A stretch of DNA of 64,000 bases from Candidatus Cloacimonadales bacterium. GTDB lineage: Bacteria; Cloacimonadota; Cloacimonadia; Cloacimonadales; JAIOQZ01. The stretch lies in contig CAXXTU010000002.1 in the NCBI GenBank assembly GCA_963662655.2, positions 2,688,001 to 2,752,000 on the forward strand. Reading direction: 5' to 3'. Below, one piece after another: positions 20,174-31,286 of the stretch. The notes beneath the pieces were generated by a model. That model saw only the letters and a program-made list of their open reading frames with translations, was not told the DNA's origin and did not search any database. The position numbers and the translations under genes were made by a program. Numbering within the stretch: position 1 is the stretch's first letter; each line of letters opens with the position of its first letter.

Positions 20174-20784
20174 TTCGCAACATCCTACTTTCCCTGGAAT
20201 TCGTCGCACTGTTCATCCTTCTGCCCGTGCTCTCGTGGATGAATCTCTTCAAATTCCCGAAATTCTTCCTTTTGTTTGCAGCGCTGATCTACTGCATCTT
20301 CATGCTGCTCCGCTCCAGGAGCTTCGATCGCAAAAAGCTCTGGAACTGGAAGGGAATCCGCCCGATTCTGCTGAGAGTGGTCATGGTGTGCGTGTTTCTC
20401 ACGGCCTATACCGCGATCTTCGAGCGGGAGTCGCTGTTCTGGTTTCCAAGGCACAATCCGCTGTTTCTCCTGATCATCCTGGTCCTCTACCCCATCCTCT
20501 CCGCCTACCCGCAGGAGTTGATCTACCGCTCCTTCTTCTTCGACCGCTACAAGGATATCTTCGGCAGATTCGTGGATGTCTTCAGCATCCTGTCATTCAC
20601 CCTCTTGCATATCATCTACGACAACTGGGTGGCTCTGGCGTTTTCCTTCGCCGGAGGAATCCTCTTCACGAAAACCTACCGGAAAACGGGTTCCCTCGCT
20701 CTCACGGCCCTCGAGCACGCTATCTATGGGGGCCTGGTATTCACGCTGGGCCTTGGGAAGTTTTTCTACGAGCGCTGGGGGTAA
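20170..20784 (+). CDS. CPBP/Abi-family intramembrane glutamic endopeptidase
   Basis: QELIYR, FTLLH, EHAIYG motifs in a multi-TM protein. Confidence 0.8.
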   Translation: MIRNILLSLEFVALFILLPVLSWMNLFKFPKFFLLFAALIYCIFMLLRSRSFDRKKLWNWKGIRPILLRVVMVCVFLTAYTAIFERESLFWFPRHNPLFLLIILVLYPILSAYPQELIYRSFFFDRYKDIFGRFVDVFSILSFTLLHIIYDNWVALAFSFAGGILFTKTYRKTGSLALTALEHAIYGGLVFTLGLGKFFYERWG

Positions 20785-20790
20785 GTTCGA

Positions 20791-20920
20791 GAGCAGATTC
20801 GTTTGATCACCAACGAAAACGTGGTGTTACACGATGAAGTTGTTCCTTTTTCTCTCCAACGGAATCGTGTTATATCCACGTTGGAGGTGCGATCGGGCGA
20901 AGATGCCGAGAACGGTAAAC
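20791..20920 (+). ncRNA. Unidentified structured element, copy B
   Basis: See copy A; starts 6 nt after the CPBP stop codon. Confidence 0.55.
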
Positions 20921-21010
20921 GTACGATTGACCGTGACAATGACATATTCAACAAGAGCAGCTCCGCGAAGGTTCACGTAAGCTGCTCTCAGATGATAAAC
21001 AATTCGTTTC

Positions 21011-23221
21011 TTAAAGGATCAATCCATTTTCCCAGGCGTTGCGGAGGTCTACGGGATCGCAGGCAATCAGGTTATTGATGCTGAATCCCGATGCGGTTAC
21101 TTGGCCGATCTTACGCACTATGGTGCTGTGCTTTTCACAGATGGCCTGAATGGCCTGAACTTCTTCCGGCTTGCAGGAGACGACGATTCTGCTGTGCGCT
21201 TCGCCGAAGAGCTCGAAGTCGGCGCGGAATTGAAGCGGAAACTCGATGCTCGCGCCGAGGGTCATGTTGGCTGGCTGGAAGCACGATTCGGCAATCGCCA
21301 CGGCCAAACCGCCGTCGGAGCAGTCGTGCGCGGATTGGGCGAGTTTCCTGTCGGCGATTTCAAGGAAGACGTCGTAAAGCGCGCTTTCCTTGTCCAGATC
21401 GACCTTGGGGGCGTTGCCGGAAATGGTGCCATGAATCTCCTTGAGGTACTCGGATCCACCGATTTCGCTGCAGGGCTCGCCGAGGAGGAGAATGGCGTCG
21501 CCTTCATTCTTGAACCACGAAGTGACCTTCTTGCTGTTGTCTTCGATCAGACCCAACATACCGATGGTCGGCGTGGGGTAAACGGCCGCGCGCGGGTTCT
21601 CGTTGTAGAAGGATACGTTGCCGCCGGTGACGGGCGTATCGAATTTACGGCAGGCGTCTCCCATACCGCGGATGGCCTCGGTGAAGGTCCAGTAAACCTC
21701 CGGCTTGTAGGGATTGCCGAAGTTGAGGCAATTGGTGATGGCCAGCGGTTTCGCGCCGGAGCAAACCACGTTGCGCGCCGATTCGGCCACGGCTCCCTTG
21801 GCTCCCTCATACGGATCGAGGTAGACGTGGCGTCCGTTGCAATCGGTGCAGACGGCGATGGCTTTTTTCGTTCCCTGGATGCGAACGACAGCCGCGTCGC
21901 TTCCAGGCTCAACCATTGTGTTGACCTGCACCATGTGATCGTATTGCTGGAACACCGCCTTCTTGGAGGCGATGTTGGGTGTCCCCAGCAGCTTCTTGAG
22001 GACGGCGGTGTAATCGTTCGGCTCGGGAACGGATTGCGTGTCGAACGCGCGCATTTCCCGAAGGTAGGCCGGTTCTTTGATCTCGCGCTTGTAGACGGGC
22101 GCTTCCCCGCCGAGTACCAGCATCTGAGCGGGTAACTCGGCTTTCAGCACGCCGTTTTCAAGGATGCGCAGCTTGCCGTCGTCACGGACTTCGCCGATTT
22201 TCTCCGCGTGGAGGTCCCATTTGACGAAAATCGCTTCCACCTTCTCGTAGTTCTCGGGCTTCACCACTAGCAGCATGCGTTCCTGCGATTCGGAAAGCAT
22301 GATTTCGTAAGGTGTCATACCGGTTTCGCGTTGGGGAACCTTGCTTACGTCGAGCTCGATGCCCATGTTTTCCTTGGCTGCCATCTCGCTGCTGGAGCAG
22401 GTGAGTCCGGCGGCGCCCATGTCCTGGATACCCACGACAAGCCCGTTTTCGATCACCTCCAGCGTTGCTTCGAGGAGCAGCTTCTCCATGAAGGGATCGC
22501 CCACTTGGACGGCAGTGCGCTTCTCCTCCGATTCCTCGGTGAGTTCCACCGATGCGAAGGTCGCGCCGTGGATGCCGTCACGCCCGGTTTTGGAACCGAC
22601 GTAGATGACCCAGTTGCCCACGCCTTTCGCGGCGGCCTTGGCGATGTTCCCATGCTCGAGGAGCCCTACGGCCATCGCGTTGACCAGCGGATTACCCTCG
22701 TAGCTCTTCTCGAAATAGACTTCCCCACCAACGGTCGGAACGCCGAAGCAGTTACCGTAATCCGCGATGCCGGAGACCACGCCGTTGATCAGGTGTTTGA
22801 CCTGCGGCGACTCGGGGTCTCCGAAGCGGAGGGAATTTAGCGCTGCGATGGGGCGTGCGCCCATGGTGAAGATGTCACGCAGGATTCCGCCGACGCCTGT
22901 GGCGGCTCCGTGATAAGGCTCAACCGCGGAAGGATGGTTGTGGCTCTCGATCTTGAAGGAGATGGCCAGGCCGTCACCAATATCGACTACACCCGCGTTT
23001 TCTTCGCCGGTTTTTGTCAGGAGCGATTTCCCTTCGCGCGGGAGGGTCTTGAGCTGGAGAATGGAATTCTTGTAGCTGGCGTGCTCCGACCACATCACGG
23101 AGATGATGCCGAGTTCGGTAAAGGTGGGTTCCCTGCCGAGCGTCTCAAGAACGTGGTTGTATTCTTCCTCCGTGAGACCGTGTTCGGCGATGAGTTCCTT
23201 GGTTATCTTGGGTTCTTGCAT
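21011..23221 (-). CDS. purL: Phosphoribosylformylglycinamidine synthase large subunit
   Basis: [36 protein letters not shown]. Confidence 0.97.
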   Translation of the reverse strand: MQEPKITKELIAEHGLTEEEYNHVLETLGREPTFTELGIISVMWSEHASYKNSILQLKTLPREGKSLLTKTGEENAGVVDIGDGLAISFKIESHNHPSAVEPYHGAATGVGGILRDIFTMGARPIAALNSLRFGDPESPQVKHLINGVVSGIADYGNCFGVPTVGGEVYFEKSYEGNPLVNAMAVGLLEHGNIAKAAAKGVGNWVIYVGSKTGRDGIHGATFASVELTEESEEKRTAVQVGDPFMEKLLLEATLEVIENGLVVGIQDMGAAGLTCSSSEMAAKENMGIELDVSKVPQRETGMTPYEIMLSESQERMLLVVKPENYEKVEAIFVKWDLHAEKIGEVRDDGKLRILENGVLKAELPAQMLVLGGEAPVYKREIKEPAYLREMRAFDTQSVPEPNDYTAVLKKLLGTPNIASKKAVFQQYDHMVQVNTMVEPGSDAAVVRIQGTKKAIAVCTDCNGRHVYLDPYEGAKGAVAESARNVVCSGAKPLAITNCLNFGNPYKPEVYWTFTEAIRGMGDACRKFDTPVTGGNVSFYNENPRAAVYPTPTIGMLGLIEDNSKKVTSWFKNEGDAILLLGEPCSEIGGSEYLKEIHGTISGNAPKVDLDKESALYDVFLEIADRKLAQSAHDCSDGGLAVAIAESCFQPANMTLGASIEFPLQFRADFELFGEAHSRIVVSCKPEEVQAIQAICEKHSTIVRKIGQVTASGFSINNLIACDPVDLRNAWENGLIL

Positions 23222-23232
23222 GGTGTCCTCGT

Positions 23233-24294
23233 TTATTGTGTATTTTTATAATATTCTATCAATGTCTGGATATGGGTTTCGATACGCATATAGGCGTACC
23301 GGTAATCGGAGAGGCTTCCGCCGTAGGGATCCTCGATATCGCTACCGTTTCCCCCGAACTCGGAGAGGAGCTTCACCTTGTTCTCCACGTATGGAATGAT
23401 GGACAGCAGCCTGTCCTTGTGCTCCTGCGTCATGGTCACCAGCAGCCACGATTTACGGATGATCTCGTGGTTAATCTGGGTGGAAAGGTGCATGGAGGCG
23501 TCGATTCCCGCGTCCGCGAGCAGCGTCTGCGAATGCTTCGAGATCGAATTCCCGCTCGTGAGGAAGCCGGCCGATTCGCTGCGAAGTTCGAGACGCTCTT
23601 TTTCGATACGATCCTTGAGAAGGTATTCCGCTATTGGGCTACGACAGATGTTTCCCGTGCAGATAAAGGTGACGAGCGGCTTCTCCAGCGATTGCACCAG
23701 TTCCGCTTGGGGAATGTTTCCGGCGCGGAGGACGGTGAAATCATCCTGCAACCTGACGATCGTTGAGGGGATGGGCTCCCACTTCCGCTTCTCCTCGATG
23801 TAATATGGGATATCCACTCCAAAGCGTCGGTAGATCGTGTCAAGGTGGTTCAGCGGTTCTTCGCCGGCGGTGTTGATGCTGGTGGAAACCATCGGCGCGT
23901 CCAACTTACGTAAAAAATCCCGCAGGTTGATGGCGGCTGGAATTCGCAGGGCCAGCGTCCCGTCGGTGGTCAGGTGACGGTATTCGTCACCCGAATAGGG
24001 GACGACGAAGGTCAGGTTCCCTGGAGAGTATTGATCGAGCAACCGGATGTGCTTTGCCGACAGGGATATCCCCATTCGGTCCAGCCAGTCGAGTCCGGGA
24101 ATGAGCATGATGTATCCTTTCTCGGGGATGCGCTGTTTTATGCGGTTGATCTTCTGGATTGCCCTCTGATCCCGGGCGTCGCACCCGATGCCGAACATGA
24201 ATCCTGTGTGATGCAGAAACACGGGGTTCCCGGACGTTACCTCCGCGCGAATCGATTCGTAGTTTGCTATATCTTTTGTATTGATGACTTTCAT
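23233..24294 (-). CDS. Sua5/TsaC threonylcarbamoyl-AMP synthase fused to low-molecular-weight protein phosphatase
   Basis: N-half KQR, STSIN, PSTIV; C-half CTGNICRSP and DIEDPYGG. Confidence 0.85.
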   Translation of the reverse strand: MKVINTKDIANYESIRAEVTSGNPVFLHHTGFMFGIGCDARDQRAIQKINRIKQRIPEKGYIMLIPGLDWLDRMGISLSAKHIRLLDQYSPGNLTFVVPYSGDEYRHLTTDGTLALRIPAAINLRDFLRKLDAPMVSTSINTAGEEPLNHLDTIYRRFGVDIPYYIEEKRKWEPIPSTIVRLQDDFTVLRAGNIPQAELVQSLEKPLVTFICTGNICRSPIAEYLLKDRIEKERLELRSESAGFLTSGNSISKHSQTLLADAGIDASMHLSTQINHEIIRKSWLLVTMTQEHKDRLLSIIPYVENKVKLLSEFGGNGSDIEDPYGGSLSDYRYAYMRIETHIQTLIEYYKNTQ

Positions 24295-25385
24295 GATTTT
24301 TCCAGGTAATCCATGGGGTCGACGGGGATACGTCGTTTCCGCAGCTCGAAATGCAATTGAGGCTGCGAGACGCTTCCCGCGCTTCCCGAAAGCGCGATGA
24401 CGTCGTTGCGCTTCACGCGGTCTCCTTTGGTTACAAGCAGCTTGCTGTTGTGGCTGTATATCGTCAGAAATCCGTTCTGATGATCGATGATGATCGTTTT
24501 CCCCGCGTTCATGTAGAGTTCCGCGAAAACGACCACCCCGTCTTCAGCCGCAGAGATATCGCTCCCTTCCGCGAGCGCGATATCGATCCCGTTGCTGTGG
24601 AACTGGCTGTTGTTGGATTTGTAATTGCCGAACGGGCGAATCACCTTTCCTCTGCCTGGCCAGGCGATATTTCCCGTTTCGAATCGATAGGTGTAATCGT
24701 CATCTTCCGTTGCGTATTCGAGCTTGGTAATCAAATCCTCCAGCTCTTCCGCCTCTTTGCTGATGCGGGACAGCAGCGCTTCCGATTCGCTCTTCTTGAT
24801 GTCGTACATCTTTACTTTCTCGTTCAGCTCGTCTATTTTCCCATGAAGCTGCTTGCTCTCCTGCTCGCTCTTCTTGCGCTTGGAGCTTGTCGTATTAACC
24901 TCTTTCTCGAGCTTGCCCTTGTCCGACGAGAGTTTGCGGACATCGCTCTCGGCATGACGGATCGTGCTGACCGTCTCGTTGATCATCTGCGAAATCATGA
25001 AGCGATCGCCGTATTTATCGATTCCCGGAGAATACTCCAGGAAAAACAATCGCAGGAACTCCTCGCGGCACAAGCTCTTCAACTGGTTTTCGCGATACTC
25101 GGCGTTCTTGAGGCGTGAGCTGGTTTTCTCCAGCTCGCTGGTCTTGTTTTGCAGGGTCGTAATCAGGCTTTTCAGCGTTTTCTGCGTGCCTTTCACGCGG
25201 TCGGAGTAGCTGTCCAGATCCTTCAGGGCGTTCTTCTTCAGCTTCTCCTGCTTATCGATGGTTTGACGCTCCTTCTCTATCTGCTCCTGGAGCTTCTCGA
25301 GACGCTCTTTCTTCGTCTTCAGATCCTGCCCGAACATGAGCGAGAACATCAGAAACAATACCATGAAAGCTGTTATGACTCTCAA
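24291..25385 (-). CDS. EnvC-like coiled-coil M23 peptidase
   Basis: Signal peptide, long coiled coil, NGIDI, YSH, LHFELR. Confidence 0.85.
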   Translation of the reverse strand: MRVITAFMVLFLMFSLMFGQDLKTKKERLEKLQEQIEKERQTIDKQEKLKKNALKDLDSYSDRVKGTQKTLKSLITTLQNKTSELEKTSSRLKNAEYRENQLKSLCREEFLRLFFLEYSPGIDKYGDRFMISQMINETVSTIRHAESDVRKLSSDKGKLEKEVNTTSSKRKKSEQESKQLHGKIDELNEKVKMYDIKKSESEALLSRISKEAEELEDLITKLEYATEDDDYTYRFETGNIAWPGRGKVIRPFGNYKSNNSQFHSNGIDIALAEGSDISAAEDGVVVFAELYMNAGKTIIIDHQNGFLTIYSHNSKLLVTKGDRVKRNDVIALSGSAGSVSQPQLHFELRKRRIPVDPMDYLEKS

Positions 25386-25652
25386 ACCTTATGATCTCCC
25401 CGAACTTCCATTCACTCTGGATGCACTCCCTGACGATAAATTGCGAACCCTATCCCCTGTCAAGCGAATGATTTGATTATCATGAATAGCAATTGCGTAA
25501 AGTGAGACCCGTCAAGAAATGCGCTCGTCAAAAAGGGTGGGTGGGCTCGGGGACGATTGGAAGGCGATTTGCCCGTGCTCTCCCGCAAATCGCATTTCAA
25601 TCGTACACGGGGACATTATAAAAAACGAGCGCATTTCGCTCGCATATAATGC

Positions 25653-25686
25653 AACAGCGGCTCCCGTTACCAGGAGCCACTGTTTG
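25653..25686 (-). terminator. Probable terminator of the large surface-protein gene
   Basis: AACAGCGGCTCC-N8-GGAGCCACTGTT hairpin 20 nt past the stop. Confidence 0.6.
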
Positions 25687-25704
25687 TATGGTTATCTTTG
25701 GGAA

Positions 25705-28700
25705 TTATCTGCGTCTTGAAGCAGGCGCTACGGTATCTGCGGTGATCTTGTAGAAGTACATCGTCTCCGATGCTGCGCCTTCATCGACGAAGTTCGAATC
25801 CGTGTTGCTTCCGATGAGCGTCAGGTTCTCGGGATCGGTTCCGCGGTAGATGTGATACTGCGCCGCATTGGTTACATCCGCCCAATCGAGTTCGATGTTG
25901 CTACCGTTGACAACGATTACGACATCGGTCGGAGCTTCAACCACTCCACCAACAACCGAGTTCTCGGCTCCGGGTGTACCGCCGTTTACAAGGCTGGCAG
26001 ACCAGTTCGCCGCGAGGCTGTTATCCAAGGTCGGGCCGTTGAGCTCGAGTGACGGGCCGTCGCCGTCGCAAGCGGTTGGCCAGTCGCCGCCGTCGTCGTA
26101 CTCTACAGAGTCGATAACCTGTCCGCTGGCGGTACGCAATTCGATCGTTTCGCCACCATTGCTAAGCTGCTGACCATCGTTCCACTGGAACACCTGATAG
26201 CCATTGCCTTCGTAGGTTGCAGCGGTAAACGCGACGATAATATATTCGCCGGCCGCGATGGATGAGGATTCCGGGAACGTGAAGGATACACCGTCCGTGA
26301 CTTCGATTCCAGTCATGTCCACAGTCTCGGTACCGGCGTTGTATATCTCGAAAAACTCATACGGATCGTCGGTTCCTTCTGGATTGTACATGATCTCGTT
26401 GATGACCAGCGCTGGTGGTAGAACATCGTTGTCGATGATAACGAGCTCGAACTGGCTTGGGCTGCCGATCGCAGCGTTGTTACCACCCGAGATGTTCTGA
26501 ATCTCGAAGTACAGCGTTTCGGCGTCTTCCACGTCCGTATCGTCTGTGATGGTGATGGTGACCATCTGGTCGCTATCGTCGTTTGCCGGGAAGGTCACGC
26601 TCTGCGTGGTGTAGTTATCGATATCGGTCGCGTCGCCGGTGATCAGAACCACATCGAGGGTCGTGGCTACGGTTTCGCTCGGGCTGGTGATTGAAAGAAC
26701 CAGGTCGAATGTGCCCTGATCTTCATTGTATTCACCGGTTCCAGGATTGAAGCGCACAACGGTATCGGTGTTGTAAACCGAGTTCTGAGCGCCAGGTGTA
26801 CCATAATCGGCAGCGCTTGGCGACCAGTTGCTACCCATGCTGTTGTCGAGACTCGGCGCGATCAGTTCGAGGCTAGGACCGTTTCCGTCCGGAAGAGAAG
26901 GCCAATCGCCCGTGTCGCTGTATGTGACTTCGTCAAGGACGGCTGCGTCTGCGCCGAGCAGGGTTATGGCTTCCCCGCCGTTGCTCAGTCCACCGGACGT
27001 CCATTCGGCATCGGCTGCGAATCCATAGAACGCTTCGAAGGCCGTCGCGTTGACAGCAACGACGAAGTAATCGCCGGCCGCGACCACGTCACCGTTCTGG
27101 AAGGTGTAGGTCACGCCTGCGCCAAAGGAGAAGCCTTCGAGGTCGATCTGGTTATCGCCGGCGTTGTAAATCTCGATGAATTCGAGGGTGTCTGTGCCAG
27201 CCTCAGGCGGGTTGTAGTTGATCTCGTTGATCACGAGTTCGATAAGTTCGGGCTCGGAATAAGTGAAGTTGAAACTGGCTCCGTCGGTGCCGTTTCCACT
27301 GAGGTCTTCGACGTTGTTCACTACGATTGTGTAGTTGCCGTAGACGAGACCGGATACCGTCAGCGTCACGATGGAGTTGTCCACGTCGTCGCGAACCACT
27401 GCGGATACCGTCACGATGCGGCTGGAAATGTAATAGTTCTCGATTTCTTCTGCGGAAGATTCTTCCACGTCTTCGTTGAAATCGACTTGAATCGTGTTTT
27501 CGTCAACTACAACGACGTCGTCGATGGTTGGCTCTTCTGTGTCGGAATGCATGAAAATATCGTTTTCGTCGCGAGGTTCGATCTTGTACTGGCTATATGA
27601 GTAGTTACCGATACCGGTGATATCGTAAGTGTTGCCGGCAACGCGAACGAAACCGAAAAGCATCTGGTCGTCCACTTCCAGCACGCCGCTTCCGTCGTCA
27701 ACCTGCCACTGGCCGTTGCCCGAGTCATCCGAAACGCAAACCGCATCCATGACCTGAACCAGGACGCCTTCGTATCCTTCGGTGAGTCCGTCGGTTGTGA
27801 TGACAGTAGCGCTCGGCAGGGTGTTGCCGCTCGAATCGATGTTGAATGACGTAATCGTCGCGAGCTCAGTGAGGCCGCTATATTCTGCTACGGTAGCCGT
27901 CAGAGTTACGGCGTCCCCGATAGCAGGCGAATTGGAAGAATCGTAAACCCAAACACCGTTCCATGCGCCATCGCCGTCCTGAATGTAATATCCATTGTAT
28001 GCGATACCGGTGACAATACCGTATGTGGTGACGATTTGTCCGAGAAGCGGAGAAGCTTCGGCTTCACCCTGGATATCATGAATGGTATACGATGAAGCCA
28101 CCGTGTAGCTGTATTCCGGGCTGAGCGTGTTTTCGCTTTCGTTGTCGATCGCTTCGATTCTGTAATAGACCGTCGTGCCGCCGACCTGTGCGGGGATGTC
28201 TGTATCGGTTGCATAGGTGTATCCGCTTTCGAGGCTCATGTTGATATCGGTGGTGAGTGAGCCGGAAGTCGTTCCCCACCAACATTTCACGGTGGAAACC
28301 GAGCGTGAGTCGTCGGATACGTCCGCACGTACGGTTACAGCGTCGCTCGTTCCGGGAGCCGCGGGGTCGGTCGCGATGTTGGAAATCTGCGGCGGAAGGT
28401 TGCCGCCCTGGAAGAATCCTTCGATGCTGATATCGTCGATTTCCCAGCGGTGCGCGTATGTAGTGGTCGAGACATATTTAAAAGCGATATAGACGGTTCC
28501 GCTGTAGGAGGAGAGGTCGAGTGTACCTGAATCGGTCCATGCCCAACCACCGGGGCACCATGTGACCTGCGAGCTGAGATCATCCCATGTGAAACCGGAA
28601 GGATCGCTGGTTCCGTCGTAGGTGTTGGAAACCATGAGGTAGATGTCGTCGCCGGAGTAGCCTTCGGAAGAAGCGGAGATGAAATCGAGGGTTTCGCCGG

Positions 28701-29874
28701 TGTAGTTGTCGAAGTTGAGAGCCGGCGAGATGAGCCAGTCTTCATTGGGAACGTATCCGCCGGAGTAGCCGTTAATGTATGCGTAATACGCGCCGTTATA
28801 ATAGGCTGCATACCAGGTTTGGTCGCCGAGGACACTGTACTGCGTCCAGTTTCCGAGGGTCTGGCTGTCGAAATTTTCAAACTCGATCACGTCGGCCTGT
28901 GCGTCCGTTGTTGCGGATGCCGTCGGGCGAGGATGGCCCAAATCGTAGGTCGTATTGTAATCGATGTTCGAACCTTCGTTCGTGTAGGGATAGATTGCGT
29001 AGTAGTAGGTAGTGCCTGCTGCAAGGCCGGTCCAGTTGTAGCCGTTGCGTCCGTGCATGACATAAACCTGACCTTCGCCGTCGGTCATGTCGGTGTCTTC
29101 AGCGCTTTGAACGCCGTCAACGGGATTAGTGATTGCGCCAAGGCTTGTGGTGCTGCATTTCACGAGGAAGCCGTCGGCTGGAACGGTACCGTCGTTGTTG
29201 TCCCATGACAGGTTGACGGTTTCTGAACCGTCGGCCGTCGCGGTGAAGTTAGACGGGTGATTCGTTGGCTCCGGGTCCGGAGCGCTTCCGGAAGTACCGG
29301 TCACGGTCACGTTATCGAAGCGATAGTATTCTGTACCAGCGCCATTGTCTGCTTCAACATAAACAACCAGGCTGGAACCGGAGAGTCCGGTTACCTCAAA
29401 GGTTGTCGGTGGGGTCTGGATGTTACCGAATTCAGTAATGGTTCCACCGTCAATCTGGTAAGATGCCTTGATGAAATCGTCACCTTCAAAGCCACCCGAA
29501 GAAGAGATGTCGATGGTGATCCCAATATCGGAATATCCGGAGATGTCTATAGTCTCTGTGAGCCAGATTGCTCCGCCTATCGGCTCGGTTATCTGACCGT
29601 CGATATCACGGCCTTCAAATACGCCGCCTTGCACGCGCCACCAGTCGGAGGTTGCACAGAGGCCGATATTTTCGCCGACATCGTCACAGTTGTCGATATC
29701 GACGCTCCATTTTGTCACGCCTTCAAGATCCACGACCGGAGGTTCGGTCCAGGAAACGCCTGTAGCACCCTTTCCGTCGATCGCCGGATCGTCGAAATTT
29801 TCGAGCCAGATAGTTTCTGCGCTCATCATGCTGAATATGAGTAGTAGCGATAGAAATGCGAATAATCTTCTCAT
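25705..29874 (-). CDS. Large secreted multidomain protein (cleaved-adhesin-like, OB-fold, two lamin-tail domains, Calx-beta-like, FN3-like)
   Basis: Signal peptide; NEDWLISP; TIHDIQG; 2x LVINEI.YNP...GPSLEL...GTPGA.NS. Confidence 0.8.
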   Translation of the reverse strand: MRRLFAFLSLLLIFSMMSAETIWLENFDDPAIDGKGATGVSWTEPPVVDLEGVTKWSVDIDNCDDVGENIGLCATSDWWRVQGGVFEGRDIDGQITEPIGGAIWLTETIDISGYSDIGITIDISSSGGFEGDDFIKASYQIDGGTITEFGNIQTPPTTFEVTGLSGSSLVVYVEADNGAGTEYYRFDNVTVTGTSGSAPDPEPTNHPSNFTATADGSETVNLSWDNNDGTVPADGFLVKCSTTSLGAITNPVDGVQSAEDTDMTDGEGQVYVMHGRNGYNWTGLAAGTTYYYAIYPYTNEGSNIDYNTTYDLGHPRPTASATTDAQADVIEFENFDSQTLGNWTQYSVLGDQTWYAAYYNGAYYAYINGYSGGYVPNEDWLISPALNFDNYTGETLDFISASSEGYSGDDIYLMVSNTYDGTSDPSGFTWDDLSSQVTWCPGGWAWTDSGTLDLSSYSGTVYIAFKYVSTTTYAHRWEIDDISIEGFFQGGNLPPQISNIATDPAAPGTSDAVTVRADVSDDSRSVSTVKCWWGTTSGSLTTDINMSLESGYTYATDTDIPAQVGGTTVYYRIEAIDNESENTLSPEYSYTVASSYTIHDIQGEAEASPLLGQIVTTYGIVTGIAYNGYYIQDGDGAWNGVWVYDSSNSPAIGDAVTLTATVAEYSGLTELATITSFNIDSSGNTLPSATVITTDGLTEGYEGVLVQVMDAVCVSDDSGNGQWQVDDGSGVLEVDDQMLFGFVRVAGNTYDITGIGNYSYSQYKIEPRDENDIFMHSDTEEPTIDDVVVVDENTIQVDFNEDVEESSAEEIENYYISSRIVTVSAVVRDDVDNSIVTLTVSGLVYGNYTIVVNNVEDLSGNGTDGASFNFTYSEPELIELVINEINYNPPEAGTDTLEFIEIYNAGDNQIDLEGFSFGAGVTYTFQNGDVVAAGDYFVVAVNATAFEAFYGFAADAEWTSGGLSNGGEAITLLGADAAVLDEVTYSDTGDWPSLPDGNGPSLELIAPSLDNSMGSNWSPSAADYGTPGAQNSVYNTDTVVRFNPGTGEYNEDQGTFDLVLSITSPSETVATTLDVVLITGDATDIDNYTTQSVTFPANDDSDQMVTITITDDTDVEDAETLYFEIQNISGGNNAAIGSPSQFELVIIDNDVLPPALVINEIMYNPEGTDDPYEFFEIYNAGTETVDMTGIEVTDGVSFTFPESSSIAAGEYIIVAFTAATYEGNGYQVFQWNDGQQLSNGGETIELRTASGQVIDSVEYDDGGDWPTACDGDGPSLELNGPTLDNSLAANWSASLVNGGTPGAENSVVGGVVEAPTDVVIVVNGSNIELDWADVTNAAQYHIYRGTDPENLTLIGSNTDSNFVDEGAASETMYFYKITADTVAPASRRR

Positions 29875-30164
29875 CGGTTTACTCCTTTTTTGCAGGGCAT
29901 CACCCCTATATTTTAAGATTTGGTACAAGATTACCCTTTGGTCGATTCTTTTGTCAAATACTTTGTAGACCCTGGGCGTGGTTAATCAATTGCTAAACAG
30001 ATAATTAATATCACTTGCTGCCGGAACTTATTGAAATGTGAAGCTGATAGGGAAACACGCGAAAATCCTGCTAACACAAAATTTATGTTCGCAGGAAGGT
30101 TAAATGTTCGGAAGTGAGTCTGGCTCAGGAATTCTGTGGGGATTATTCCGATTTATTCGATTTT

Positions 30165-31274
30165 TCAGTTCCTTCCTGTGATGAGCTTCATAATGTTCAC
30201 GCGCAGCATCAAGTCGTAGGAATTGATAATCCATATTCCGGTTTCGTTCTCGGCCCAGTTCCATTGAAGCTCAACGTAGTCGCGGTAGTCCAGCTTTACT
30301 CCGAATCCGTACGTAGGCCAATTGGAATCGTCTTCATCCTCGCCCAGCGCTTCCATGTTGCCGAGTCGATAGTACAGACAATCAAGAACGCATAATTCGA
30401 TACCCTCGGAGTAGTAATCTTGATCATTATTGCTAAAACCGTAATCCATGTAATCCGCGGTGATGGCTACACTTACAAGCTCATTGAAGAGGCCGCGACC
30501 AATCGAATCCAGCATCCATTCCGGGCAGTAGGTTCCCTTGGCGGCAAAGGAATACTTCAGACCATACATCAGTTGCTCTTCAACTGTGAAATCGAACATA
30601 GCGTGCTCGTATTCGATCGTTTCTTTTCCGATGTTGTACCAGTTCAATCCAGCGGCGATTTCGAGCGAGAAGTCCTGAATATTGACCGGTTTAACCAGAG
30701 CAAGCAGGCCGAGGTTTACGGTCGATTGCTCCTGGGATTTGGCGTATTCGCCCCAGTCGTACATGAAGCGTTGCCATGTCATTCCGAAGGATATCTCCGG
30801 CACGAAGCGATTTCGTCGGGAGCTGTTTCCGATAAATGCCTCGAACAGGTTGACACCGATTCCATAGTGTTCGGATCGCTCATATTCATCCTCATGGATG
30901 AAATCATTGCTATAATCAAAGGAGTGCCCGAATCTTCCATAATCGTTCAACGTCGGCAACAAAATGCCGATACCTCGCCATCCCAAGGATATGCAGGCGG
31001 CTCTGCGGTGATAGAAATCCTTCTGATCATGAACGTTGTTTCCATAAGCCATGCCACGAGCGTACCCGAGCTTGGCGGGATTATCCCAATACTCGAGGGG
31101 ATTCTGGCTCCAGACGTGTGCGCCTCCCGCGATATAGCTTCCCCGTCCCATCGTCGACGCGGAGACAGTTATAAGATTGGGTCTATCGTAGTAATGCTCG
31201 ACTCCGGAGCATGGGATCGCGAATGCGCCGATAAGCAGTATTGTAATGAGTAGAAAAATTGTTCTGTGATTCAT
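30165..31274 (-). CDS. PorV/FadL-like outer-membrane protein
   Basis: Signal peptide; MGRG...YWDNPAKLG; amphipathic strand pattern. Confidence 0.55.
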   Translation of the reverse strand: MNHRTIFLLITILLIGAFAIPCSGVEHYYDRPNLITVSASTMGRGSYIAGGAHVWSQNPLEYWDNPAKLGYARGMAYGNNVHDQKDFYHRRAACISLGWRGIGILLPTLNDYGRFGHSFDYSNDFIHEDEYERSEHYGIGVNLFEAFIGNSSRRNRFVPEISFGMTWQRFMYDWGEYAKSQEQSTVNLGLLALVKPVNIQDFSLEIAAGLNWYNIGKETIEYEHAMFDFTVEEQLMYGLKYSFAAKGTYCPEWMLDSIGRGLFNELVSVAITADYMDYGFSNNDQDYYSEGIELCVLDCLYYRLGNMEALGEDEDDSNWPTYGFGVKLDYRDYVELQWNWAENETGIWIINSYDLMLRVNIMKLITGRN

Positions 31275-31286
31275 CTTCTCTCCTTC

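Noticed and set aside
13800..20920. SECIS, CRISPR or integron attC interpretation of the paired element
   Set aside because: No in-frame TGA candidates in upstream genes, only two distant copies, no cas or integrase gene, and no clear attC boxes
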